From IMG/VR virus record IMGVR_UViG_3300021091_000278, positions 1-30,657 of that record: 30,657 bases of DNA. One strand, given 5' to 3'. The translations under genes and the position numbers were made by a program. Under the pieces are notes generated by a model. It saw nothing but the letters and a program-made list of their open reading frames with translations, was not told where the DNA came from and did not search any database. Positions 1 to 8,282 of this stretch are shown one piece after another. The first letter of the stretch is position 1. Each line of letters starts with the position of its first letter. This DNA comes from a virus (taxonomy: Duplodnaviria; Caudoviricetes).

Positions 1-43
1 GAGTAGGTCCACAAACCTGACTAGAGATCTTTTCTCTAGCCAT

Positions 44-80
44 AAAAAGAAAACCCTCCTACGAACTACCGTAGAAGGGT
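44..80 (-). terminator. Rho-independent terminator after the 118-aa gene
   Basis: Minus strand reads ACCCTTCTACG-GTAGTT-CGTAGGAGGGT followed by TTTCTTTTT: an 11-bp stem with one G:U pair and a U tract, just downstream of the 104..460 stop. Confidence 0.75.
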
Positions 81-103
81 AATCTTTTATTATTAATTAG
101 TTG

Positions 104-460
104 TTATTTATTGCGAACGCAATAACGCTTAACGTACGCTCTGTCTTCAGCCTTATCCATAGTCAATCCGACCATAGCTGCACCAAAGCCTAACGTGAAC
201 AGCATTACCGTCGCTGCCATAACAACAGCCCAACTTTCTGAGATGCTTGACTGTTGGAATGTAATCAATGACCAAGTGAGCAGAAAGCCAGGCCAAACGC
301 TCAACACTACAAGCACCCATCCAAGGATGTGTATGATTCCAAGAGAGAAACCACCATCCTTGAATATGGTAAATGCTATGTAGCAGAGCCCTCCAAGACC
401 CGCCGCAACTGCCAATCCTACTGTGCCAAACAGCACAATAGCAATGATTATATCTAACAT
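104..460 (-). CDS. Hypothetical membrane protein, about 3 hydrophobic helices
   Basis: AGGAGG Shine-Dalgarno (SD) just before the ATG, three long hydrophobic segments, and a terminator downstream. Confidence 0.75.
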   Translation of the reverse strand: MLDIIIAIVLFGTVGLAVAAGLGGLCYIAFTIFKDGGFSLGIIHILGWVLVVLSVWPGFLLTWSLITFQQSSISESWAVVMAATVMLFTLGFGAAMVGLTMDKAEDRAYVKRYCVRNK

Positions 461-760
461 GTCTCCTCCTTATGGAACACATGTAATACGCCTGTGTAGT
501 TACAGACTTGCATTGTTATTAACCAGTCCAATGCCACAACTGGGTGTTCTGCTTTCAGGGCGCAGTACGTATAGCCCGCATATGTTTGCAAGACAGACCC
601 CCCATACCCGGGTGGCCTCGTTAAAAGTCTTGAAGCACAACATATACTCACTATTACCCCCTTATATTTTTTCCTATTTTTTAGGTATATAGGAATTTTA
701 TATATGTTTATACAAGTTGATTATAAGAATTGGCCCGCACAAAAAAAGTTTGATCAGGAG

Positions 761-789
761 TTGTTTTGATCAACACAAATGTGTATTAT
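761..789 (+). promoter_or_regulatory. Possible sigma70-type promoter for 868..1086
   Basis: TTGTTT-N17-TATTAT in an AT-rich intergenic region, so it could be a chance match. Confidence 0.35.
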
Positions 790-867
790 GATTGAACTGT
801 TATATTATAATGAAGAATAAACATCCATAACAACAATGCCTAATAAGGCGAAGGGAAAAATAAGAAT

Positions 868-1086
868 ATGTCAAGCTTTATAGATTGCCCACACTGTTCA
901 TCAGAGATAATGGTAGTAGAGGATATGTACGATAATAATCTGCGTTGTCCAGACTGCCTATATTGGATTGAGGATGAATTTGAAGATGCTATGAGCGGGA
1001 AGACTTATTATGGTGCTTCAATGCAGTTTGCGGCGAGCCATGATGATTATGATATGGATAACTACGAATATAGCTCAGACTTCTAA
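868..1086 (+). CDS. Small Zn-ribbon protein with acidic tail
   Basis: CPHC...CPDC pairs, D/E-rich C-terminus, followed by a terminator. Confidence 0.75.
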   Translation: MSSFIDCPHCSSEIMVVEDMYDNNLRCPDCLYWIEDEFEDAMSGKTYYGASMQFAASHDDYDMDNYEYSSDF

Positions 1087-1101
1087 AAACCTATATAAAT
1101 T

Positions 1102-1141
1102 AAAAAAGACCCTTTTCCATAATGGATAGGGGTCTTTTTTT
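1102..1141. terminator. Bidirectional Rho-independent terminator
   Basis: AAAAAAGACCCTTTTCCAT-A-ATGGATAGGGGTCTTTTTTT: an imperfect inverted repeat flanked by A and T tracts, between convergent genes. Confidence 0.85.
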
Positions 1142-1158
1142 ATATATGTTTTTATATG

Positions 1159-1551
1159 TTATTCAAACATTCCAAATGGATCTTCATCATTATCTGTAAA
1201 TTTTGTTGGATCCAATACGAGTATTCTTGATTCATTATCCTTTTGAATCTCTTGAATGAATTGACCGATATCTTTACCGGTAATTTCGCACATACCAATT
1301 ATCATTTTCCATTCTTCGGGTTGAAAGGCAGAAAATACAAGATTACCTTTTGCGTCGTTATGAATGGTGATAAACCTGGTGAGTTCTTCAGATTCACCCA
1401 CTGCAAATGAGCAGAAACCAGTCCCATCATAGTGCGGATCTCTAGAGGTCATGAAGAAAGAAAGAATTTTTCTAAAGATATGTTCATTCATAAATCTAAT
1501 AGTAACTCCGAATACAAGTCCTAGAAGCATAAGTATGTATTTTTGTTTCAT
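1159..1551 (-). CDS. Hypothetical protein with N-terminal hydrophobic segment, probably leaderless
   Basis: Start moved from 1569 to ATG 1551 (MKQKY), which lies 6 nt after an extended -10 element TG-C-TACTAT. No SD is visible. Confidence 0.65.
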   Translation of the reverse strand: MKQKYILMLLGLVFGVTIRFMNEHIFRKILSFFMTSRDPHYDGTGFCSFAVGESEELTRFITIHNDAKGNLVFSAFQPEEWKMIIGMCEITGKDIGQFIQEIQKDNESRILVLDPTKFTDNDEDPFGMFE

Positions 1552-1557
1552 TCTTCT

Positions 1558-1566
1558 ATAGTAGCA
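1558..1566 (-). promoter_or_regulatory. Extended -10 promoter, leaderless type
   Basis: Minus strand reads TGCTACTAT-AGAAGA-ATG. Confidence 0.5.
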
Positions 1567-1585
1567 CAATAACTAATATTATTAA

Positions 1586-1621
1586 AAATAAAAAAAATAA
1601 TTCGCCGCGGATTTGGGGCGG
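1586..1621 (-). terminator. Possible weak terminator after the oxygenase cluster
   Basis: GC-rich imperfect hairpin (CGCC...GGCG) followed by a T-rich tract on the minus strand, in an AT-rich spacer. Confidence 0.35.
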
Positions 1622-1647
1622 GGAATCAGAGGATTAGCATGAGTCAA

Positions 1648-2190
1648 TTACTTCTTGTAAACAAAGCAAGACCACATGTATCTATGTTTGTTTTTCAGGT
1701 CTGTTACCAGATGTAATTCATTTGAGCTAAAAACAATTGCAGATCCAGCCGGCGGCTTAATCGAAAGATCGTGCTCCGGAAATTCTATTAATCCACCTTC
1801 GTAATCATCATTAAGATAACCACATATTGTGTATTCAACTTTTTTGATTTCACCTTTATCGTCATATGTGTAATCTTTGTGAGGATTCATGCCAGACATT
1901 GGAAAATCCCATTTTCTTACATATACACCATATTGATCATAATAATATAAATTCTTATCTATACCCAACTCTAACATATAGTCATCTAAGCATTTTTTGG
2001 TGGCGGAATTTATCTGAGTAAATAAATACTCGTTACTGTCTATAATTCCCATTTCACCGATTCTGTAATTGGGATCATTATTATTTCGACCCCACATAGT
2101 CCAATTTAGCTTTGTTAAATTTAAAAATATTTTATCTAAATCTTCAAATAAATTTGTAAATAAAAAAATATCTTTAGTTAATTTAATCAT
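1648..2190 (-). CDS. 2OG-Fe(II) oxygenase (prolyl-4-hydroxylase-like)
   Basis: HxD motif (PHKD), YLNDDYEGG..EFP, KPPAGSAIVF, distal His (ELHLV) and a candidate 2OG-binding Arg (HRY). Confidence 0.9.
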   Translation of the reverse strand: MIKLTKDIFLFTNLFEDLDKIFLNLTKLNWTMWGRNNNDPNYRIGEMGIIDSNEYLFTQINSATKKCLDDYMLELGIDKNLYYYDQYGVYVRKWDFPMSGMNPHKDYTYDDKGEIKKVEYTICGYLNDDYEGGLIEFPEHDLSIKPPAGSAIVFSSNELHLVTDLKNKHRYMWSCFVYKK

Positions 2191-2847
2191 TTATAACTCT
2201 AATGCCTTTTTTGTAAATAGATCTAATATTTTTTTATTATATTCATCTTGCAAACCATCTACTGGGTGTGGAGCTTTGGTATGAGTCATGCTAGGTGTTA
2301 ATTCCCTAACTTCAAGGCATTCTAGTATTTCTGATTGATATATAAAATCAGTAATGCCGGCTTCGTATGCGTATGCGCGAAGACTATTTAAAAACTTCTT
2401 ATTCTGTTCCAATCTTTGCTCATAAGTATAATGCGGGCTAATTCCCTCGTACTTCAGGAGCATCTCTGTAAATTGAGGAAGCGGTTCTATTATTACAATT
2501 TTTGAATTCTTAAATTGTTGCTTTAATTGCTCTACATATTTTTTTGCCACAATATTCGCATTATCATAATTAGATAAAAAAGTTCTCACATCAACGTATC
2601 CAAACCAAGAGAATAGTATTCCATCGTCTTTTATGTCAGAAAATGGAATAACTCCATCATTTGGAAATTTTTGTAGCTCTTTTCCTGAAGAAAGTTCAGA
2701 TTGTTGAGTCATTTGCTTAAAATCTAAATCCCAAATTTTTTTTGCTGCCTTGCCCCAAAAAACCATTTCAATTTGGTTATTATCTTTTTCATAATGTTCA
2801 GAAACCCTAGATAAATGACAGTCTCCAATTAAGTATATTTTTTTCAT
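2191..2847 (-). CDS. SGNH/GDSL-hydrolase-like protein with atypical GDC motif
   Basis: N-terminal IYLIGDCH resembles block I (GDS), FGYVD resembles block III, and KIVIIEP fits a core strand. Confidence 0.5.
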   Translation of the reverse strand: MKKIYLIGDCHLSRVSEHYEKDNNQIEMVFWGKAAKKIWDLDFKQMTQQSELSSGKELQKFPNDGVIPFSDIKDDGILFSWFGYVDVRTFLSNYDNANIVAKKYVEQLKQQFKNSKIVIIEPLPQFTEMLLKYEGISPHYTYEQRLEQNKKFLNSLRAYAYEAGITDFIYQSEILECLEVRELTPSMTHTKAPHPVDGLQDEYNKKILDLFTKKALEL

Positions 2848-2851
2848 TTTA

Positions 2852-3646
2852 TTAAATCACTCCCTGGTTCTTTTTCACCAAGTCGTGTATCAAACTATAT
2901 TGATCATCATTTCTATGAGCTCGTATCATTAAATCAGTAACTCCAATACTCTCTAAATATTTTATTTTTTCTATAACTTGTTCTTCTGTTCCAAAAATTG
3001 TCCATTTTTTTTGATGTCTTTGGTCAATTTGATCAACAACACGTTCTGCATCATCGTAAGAGTTTCTTATAACTACAGCAGCTGCGATCATTCTATTTTT
3101 ATTTTTTTCAAACTTTTTTGGTGACTCTATATATTCAGACATCATACATAAATTATAGTTAGCAAATTTAGCCGAAGAAGTTAATGTTTCATCTGAAATC
3201 CCAGACATTACTATTTCTGGGATTTCTTGTTTTTGTCTATCTAAAATAGATAAAGTTTTTTGCATCCATTTATCTGTATAATTAACTCTTTTCTCTACTG
3301 TATTAAAATTATCTTGTCCGATAACAAGATCGTTAATTGAAAATTCACCATCATGTATATCTCCAGCGACTATATTAAACATTATTCTATTTCTTTGAAT
3401 TTCATTAAATGATTTATACATCATTACAAAATATTCTGGACTTATAGAATAAGTCCTAATCGCTAAAAGATATTTAAATTTATGATTTACATCTAAAACA
3501 TTTGCGCATTTTATCCAAAAATCATCATTTGTTGAATGATAAACTAATAGATTTGAATAATAATTGCATTCATTTAATACTTTTGAATTTTTTTTTAAAC
3601 CATCTAAACTAGTGTTTTCATAAACACTCATCCAATGTAATCTCAT
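2852..3646 (-). CDS. Luciferase-like (LLM class) flavin-dependent monooxygenase, SsuD-like
   Basis: KYLLAIRT..ISP, NRIMFNIVAGD and IFGTEEQVIEKIKYLESIGVTDLMI match LLM/SsuD family patterns. Confidence 0.8.
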   Translation of the reverse strand: MRLHWMSVYENTSLDGLKKNSKVLNECNYYSNLLVYHSTNDDFWIKCANVLDVNHKFKYLLAIRTYSISPEYFVMMYKSFNEIQRNRIMFNIVAGDIHDGEFSINDLVIGQDNFNTVEKRVNYTDKWMQKTLSILDRQKQEIPEIVMSGISDETLTSSAKFANYNLCMMSEYIESPKKFEKNKNRMIAAAVVIRNSYDDAERVVDQIDQRHQKKWTIFGTEEQVIEKIKYLESIGVTDLMIRAHRNDDQYSLIHDLVKKNQGVI

Positions 3647-3703
3647 AGATTTAAAATTTTTTTAAATAAAATAAATTAATACAATAATATAACATAAAAA
3701 ATA

Positions 3704-4558
3704 TTATAGATCTCTATATCTAATTCCCGTTATGCCATTTTTTTTATCTTCTAATACTGCTGGTGGTTCTTCCCAAATGTATCCATTAACAGTTTTGAGC
3801 CAATTTGACCATGTATTATCTGAGTTTTCTTTAATATAATTTATTTGATCATAATATTCTTTTGTTTTATAATTATAAAAAGTTCCAGGATTAGCATGTG
3901 CTGGTATTACAAAGTTAGAAAAAGAAAATCTTACTCCACTTGTAATTTCTTTTGTTCCATGACAATAATCGCTATGTGATCCATGAATTATTAAATCTCC
4001 ATTATTAGGCTTGACACGAAGTTCATCGTTATTTTCAAGTGGACTAAAATTACCAATATATTCTGCTTTTGAATTAAAATTCGGATAATATACTTCTCCA
4101 CCCTCAAAGTCACCAAAATACACTATCAATCCATAGTGAAGTCTACAGCAAGTATCCCACCTATCTGGTGATATTAAAACACTTTTTGCTATATCACAAG
4201 TTCCACAAATTGGACCACAATCTTCGTGTGGTTCACCTGGTGCGTCAGCATGATAATACATACCTGGATCACCAACTTTTGCTCTTAAAAGAACAAGTTG
4301 CGGGTGCATCACTAGTTCTGGATAAATTAATTCAGAGGCAAGTTCCCAGACTTCGTGCATTTCTGCAACAAAAGTTGTAAATCTATCATTATACCAATCA
4401 ACATTATGATCAACTAAGGGGGTATCTATTTGCTTTTCTAAGATAGAATTTATTTTTTTTAATAAATCACCATTTATAAAATTTCTATAAACAAAAAGTT
4501 TTGGAGCAATCTGCTCTATATTTGGATTTTTTCTAAAAGATTCTTCAAACATAGCCAT
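3704..4558 (-). CDS. 2OG-Fe(II) oxygenase with Cys-rich insertion
   Basis: HAD, YFGDFEGGEVYYP, PNNGDLIIH and HGTKEITSGVRF motifs. Confidence 0.85.
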   Translation of the reverse strand: MAMFEESFRKNPNIEQIAPKLFVYRNFINGDLLKKINSILEKQIDTPLVDHNVDWYNDRFTTFVAEMHEVWELASELIYPELVMHPQLVLLRAKVGDPGMYYHADAPGEPHEDCGPICGTCDIAKSVLISPDRWDTCCRLHYGLIVYFGDFEGGEVYYPNFNSKAEYIGNFSPLENNDELRVKPNNGDLIIHGSHSDYCHGTKEITSGVRFSFSNFVIPAHANPGTFYNYKTKEYYDQINYIKENSDNTWSNWLKTVNGYIWEEPPAVLEDKKNGITGIRYRDL

Positions 4559-4559
4559 A

Positions 4560-4712
4560 TTAGTTTAATTCTTCCTTCCACTCATCTCCACAATCTCTAC
4601 ATTTAATTGTAAAAACTTGAACTTCGTCTGTTTTTTTTGAAACGCAATTGACAGCAAAGTTGGGCGGAAAAGAACAGTCCGCACAAACCGTTGGATTTAA
4701 CATTTCATTCAT
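4560..4712 (-). CDS. 50-aa Zn-ribbon protein, below the ORF-track cutoff
   Basis: MNEMLNPTVCADCSFPPNFAVNCVSKKTDEVQVFTIKCRDCGDEWKEELN. It has an ATGA overlap with the recA stop and ends 1 nt before the next ATG. Confidence 0.8.
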   Translation of the reverse strand: MNEMLNPTVCADCSFPPNFAVNCVSKKTDEVQVFTIKCRDCGDEWKEELN

Positions 4713-5671
4713 AATTTTATCAGATCAATTATATCTTCTCTTGTTTTGAGTTTTTCAATCGCATTATCTCTACCCTGAGCAAAGTTCTCATCTTTATAGT
4801 AAACCCAAGCACCCTTTTGTGCAAAAATTTGTTTTTCAAGACCAATGTCATATAAGCACCCATATTGATCAACGCCTTTTCCATAAAGTATATCAAACTC
4901 TACCATTTTTAATGGTGGCGCCATTTTATTTTTAATGACTTTAGCTTTTACTTTAATTCCAATAGATACGCCTTCTTTGTCTTTAATATCTTCTTTTTTG
5001 CGAAGATCTATTCTTACAGAAGCTGCATATTTTAACGCCATTCCACCAGGAGTTGTTTCTGGATTTCCAAACATAATACCAATCTTACTTCTAAGTTGAT
5101 TTATAAACAATAAGAGCGTTTTATTCTCAGAAGCTAGTGCAACTAGCTTTCTCATTGCTTTAGCCATTAAACGAGCTTGCAAACCCATCTGAGCGGCTTC
5201 CATTTCTCCTTCCAACTCAGCCTTAGGAATAAGAGCGGCAACTGAATCTATAACAACTACTCCAATTTCACCAGTTCTAACTAACTTGTCTACAATTTCT
5301 AGCGCTTGCTCACCATAATCAGGCTGAGACAAAAGTAATGCGTCAAGATCTACTCCAAGAGATTGCATGTATAGTGGATCTAAAGCATGTTCTGCATCTA
5401 TGTATGCACATTTCAAACCAAGCTTTTGTGCCTCAGCAATTACCGACAAAGCCAAAGTTGATTTGCCCGATGCTTCCGGACCGTATATCTCGACTATTCT
5501 GCCACGAGGCAAGCCGCCGTTTCCCAAAATTCTATCTAAGGTTGGAGCACCGGTGGGGACTGATGGCCAAGGTTCAATTGTAAAATTACCAAGCTTCATA
5601 ATAGAGCCTGATCCAAATTGTCTTTCAAGTTGTGCTATTGCTAGCTCTAGCCCCTTCGATTCATTTGCCAT
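4709..5671 (-). CDS. recA: Recombinase RecA, bacterial type
   Basis: GGLPRGRIVEIYGPEASGKST (Walker A), IDAEHALDP, VIDSVAAL, INQLRSKIG.MFGNPETTPGG and KNKMAPP. Confidence 0.97.
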   Translation of the reverse strand: MANESKGLELAIAQLERQFGSGSIMKLGNFTIEPWPSVPTGAPTLDRILGNGGLPRGRIVEIYGPEASGKSTLALSVIAEAQKLGLKCAYIDAEHALDPLYMQSLGVDLDALLLSQPDYGEQALEIVDKLVRTGEIGVVVIDSVAALIPKAELEGEMEAAQMGLQARLMAKAMRKLVALASENKTLLLFINQLRSKIGIMFGNPETTPGGMALKYAASVRIDLRKKEDIKDKEGVSIGIKVKAKVIKNKMAPPLKMVEFDILYGKGVDQYGCLYDIGLEKQIFAQKGAWVYYKDENFAQGRDNAIEKLKTREDIIDLIKL

Positions 5672-5680
5672 TGTTTTTTA

Positions 5681-5908
5681 TTATCCTTTTTGGTCTTTCT
5701 TGTGTTTAAGTATGAGTTCATTAACTATCTTTTTTGTTTCAGCAATTTTTTTATCGACTTGCTTTTCCATATATCTATATTCTACCCTAGATTGAACATC
5801 TGCGCCAAGCTGCACAAATCTTAGTTTTTCTTTTAGTCGAACTAATTTTTTAATATAGACATTTTTTTCATTCATCTCTTTCTTATAATCTATTAAGGTG
5901 TTTTCCAT
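5681..5908 (-). CDS. Small basic coiled-coil protein (75 aa)
   Basis: Start moved to ATG 5908 (MENTL), which is preceded by AGGAG. Likely first gene of the recA operon. Confidence 0.7.
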   Translation of the reverse strand: MENTLIDYKKEMNEKNVYIKKLVRLKEKLRFVQLGADVQSRVEYRYMEKQVDKKIAETKKIVNELILKHKKDQKG

Positions 5909-6128
5909 ATAGTCTCCTGTGTTTGGTAAGTGATATAATTGGCGCAGACAAGTATACATAGAACGGAATATTAATGCGACATAATAACACAAAAAAAGAA
6001 GATTTTTATCGCGCAAAATTTTTACTTAAAACAAGAATTAAGACTGCCCATGATTTAATAAGATTTTGGTCTTTTTGCGGACCATGTACGGAAGATTGTC
6101 CTTTAATTGAAAAATATTCAAAGTGAAT

Positions 6129-6157
6129 TTGACAAAGCAAGGAAAATTTAGTAGACT
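6129..6157 (+). promoter_or_regulatory. Sigma70-type promoter
   Basis: TTGACA-N17-TAGACT. Confidence 0.75.
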
Positions 6158-6164
6158 GGGATTT

Positions 6165-6250
6165 TACCCCCTACCCCCTACCCCTATATATATATTTATA
6201 TATATATTATTACTATATATATATAATATTATAATATATAGTATATATAA
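6165..6250. repeat. (TACCCCC)x2 + TACCCC followed by an alternating-AT tract
   Basis: Seen directly. Positions 6185-6250 contain only one C and one G. Confidence 0.9.
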
Positions 6251-6283
6251 AATCTTTAGTATTAAAAATGGTTGGGAGAACGT

Positions 6284-7696
6284 ATGAAGATATATCAAAT
6301 ATACGTTCCGGATTTAAATGTATATGTAAAATACAAGGTCTTGGAACCAGAAGAAATTGATCAATTCGTTTCTCAATTAACGGCAAAAACAGAAAAAGAT
6401 AAAAGAAGAAAAATTCTTCAACACGTTATCTTTAATTTAAAAACAGACATTTCAGCTGCACTTGGAATGATGACCAGATCAAATGCTGAAAGATGTATAG
6501 AAGCATTATATACTGGGTGTGTAATGCTTAACCCTGGTTTAGATATAGATTATTGGGTTGCCATTGCATATGCATCGTCGCCATTAGAGCCAGAAGTTGA
6601 ACTTGATAAAAATTTTGATGAAATAAAAAATATAATATCAAGATATAGAGAAAAGCCTTTAGGCAAAAATGAAAAACAAAAACCAATAAAGAAAGTTTCA
6701 AAACAAAAATTTATTTCTTTAGAACACTATTTAAAAAACAATATTATTGGGCAAGACGAAGCCATTGAAGCAGTGTGTCAAGCGCTACTAAGATCTCAAG
6801 CCGATATGAACGATAGCAATAGGCCATTAGGCATATTCTTGTTATCCGGGTCATCTGGGGTAGGTAAAACGCACCTTGCAAAAACACTGCATGATTTCTT
6901 ATTTAATTCAGATGCCCCAATGGTGAGAATTGATTGTGGCGAGTATCAACAAAAACATGAGGGAGCTAAATTAATTGGTTCTCCGCCAGGATACGTTGGT
7001 CATGATGAGGGTGGGCAGCTCGTTAATCAAATTCAAAAAAATCCTAATTCAGTAGTTCTTATTGATGAAGTCGAAAAGGCTCATCCAGATATTTGGAATA
7101 CATTTTTAACAATATTTGATGAAGGCATAGTCACGGATGCAAAAGGAAATAAAGTTGATTTTAGGGGAACAATTATCATTCTTACAACAAATTTAGGAAA
7201 TGATAAAATAGTAGATCATCTAATGGGAAGTGGAACTGGTTTTAACAAAAATGTTCATTATATTAATTCTACAACAGCATTACCACCCAAACATATCGTA
7301 GAAAAACACACAATGGATGCGATAAGAAAATATTTTAAACCAGAAATGATCAATAGATTGGATAAAATAATAGTTTTTAATCATTTATCAAGACAAGATT
7401 GTGAGAAAATAGCAGAACTAGAAATGAGAGTAGTTTTAAATAAATTAACCAAAAAGGGATTTACCGCCTTCTACAATAATAATGTCATCAACGCTTTAAT
7501 TGATAAAGGAATTGATTCAGTAAAAGGTGCAAGAGGTTTAGCACAAATACGAAGAGACCAAATAGAAACTGAATTATCTAAGATAATAGTTCAAAATACT
7601 CTACCTAAAGGTACTATTTTTAATATTGATTACGCTGAAGATAAGTTTAGTTTTAATTTAATTAAACCATCTAAAAAAATTAAACTAATTAAATAG
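6284..7696 (+). CDS. ClpA/B/C-family AAA+ ATPase with only the second NBD and an unrecognised N-terminal domain
   Basis: IIGQDEAI, RPLG, GSSGVGKT, LIGSPPGYVG, IDEVEKAHP, FKPEMINRLD and GARGL. Start set at ATG 6284 after GGGAG. Confidence 0.9.
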   Translation: MKIYQIYVPDLNVYVKYKVLEPEEIDQFVSQLTAKTEKDKRRKILQHVIFNLKTDISAALGMMTRSNAERCIEALYTGCVMLNPGLDIDYWVAIAYASSPLEPEVELDKNFDEIKNIISRYREKPLGKNEKQKPIKKVSKQKFISLEHYLKNNIIGQDEAIEAVCQALLRSQADMNDSNRPLGIFLLSGSSGVGKTHLAKTLHDFLFNSDAPMVRIDCGEYQQKHEGAKLIGSPPGYVGHDEGGQLVNQIQKNPNSVVLIDEVEKAHPDIWNTFLTIFDEGIVTDAKGNKVDFRGTIIILTTNLGNDKIVDHLMGSGTGFNKNVHYINSTTALPPKHIVEKHTMDAIRKYFKPEMINRLDKIIVFNHLSRQDCEKIAELEMRVVLNKLTKKGFTAFYNNNVINALIDKGIDSVKGARGLAQIRRDQIETELSKIIVQNTLPKGTIFNIDYAEDKFSFNLIKPSKKIKLIK

Positions 7697-7707
7697 GATA
7701 TTTTTAA

Positions 7708-7974
7708 ATGTTTAAACAGGGAATGGCTGCAGGAGCTGCAGCAAGAAAAACCTTTAGTGCAAATAGACAAGCACACGGTTTTTTTGGTGCAGTGGGAGGA
7801 ATTGGTCGCAAGGCTAGTTCAAATCCTGGAACTCAGGCATTGGCAAGGTCGGGCAAGATAAGGTCGGGCATGGTTGTTGGTGGAGCCGCTGGGATGTCTG
7901 GACTTTCAAAAAGAAGAGGAAGCGGAACGGGTAAAAGAACTCCAGGAAGACCGACCGGAATGTACGGGTATTAA
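7708..7974 (+). CDS. Small Gly/Arg/Ala-rich basic protein, possibly virion core
   Basis: AGGA SD-like sequence upstream, G/A/R/K-rich composition, no acidic residues. Confidence 0.7.
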   Translation: MFKQGMAAGAAARKTFSANRQAHGFFGAVGGIGRKASSNPGTQALARSGKIRSGMVVGGAAGMSGLSKRRGSGTGKRTPGRPTGMYGY

Positions 7975-7976
7975 AT

Positions 7977-8256
7977 ATGCCAAAAGGAATTCGGATACGG
8001 TAGAAATATAACAAGTGCGGTTGGCTCCGTATTTAATCGTGGAGCACGACGCAACGCTGCTCTAAACACAAATATGCCGATAGGAATGAGAGGAACCGCA
8101 TCAAGCAGAATGGCAGCAAAAAAAGCCTCAGATCAAGTCGTTGGAAGAAGGATTCTTACTGGTGGGGCACTGCTTGGTGGTGTTGGTATAATGAGAAACA
8201 GAGATGGTTCAAGGGGTGGCTATAAAGGACCTAGGGGATCGGGAAGATACGCTTAA
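7977..8256 (+). CDS. Small Gly/Arg-rich basic protein, 92 aa after a +1 shift at CGGA 7992-7995
   Basis: ATG 2 nt after the upstream stop. MPKGI-(C)GGA-YGRNITSAVGSVFNRGARRNAALNTN joins the 8074..8256 ORF. The 0 frame stops at TAG 8001. Confidence 0.65.
7992..7995 (+). other. Putative +1 recoding site, ATT CGG A
   Basis: The frame change must fall within 7977-8000, and this is the same tetramer as at the other two sites. Confidence 0.65.
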
Positions 8257-8282
8257 TATTTTAAGTAAGAAAGATGTGATAT

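Noticed and set aside
153-692. Overlapping ORFs 153..482, 195..383, 423..692 and 454..651
   Set aside because: These are alternative-frame or antisense ORFs with no recognisable motifs. The 104..460 gene has the SD and terminator.
6165-6184. G-quadruplex on the minus strand
   Set aside because: Only three G runs are present, short of the canonical four.
7708-8256. TAA read-through fusing 7708..7974 with 8074..8256, which share a frame with no other stop between them
   Set aside because: TAA is the normal stop throughout the window. The coupled ATG at 7977 plus CGGA explains the open frame with the same rule as the other two sites. Not formally excluded.
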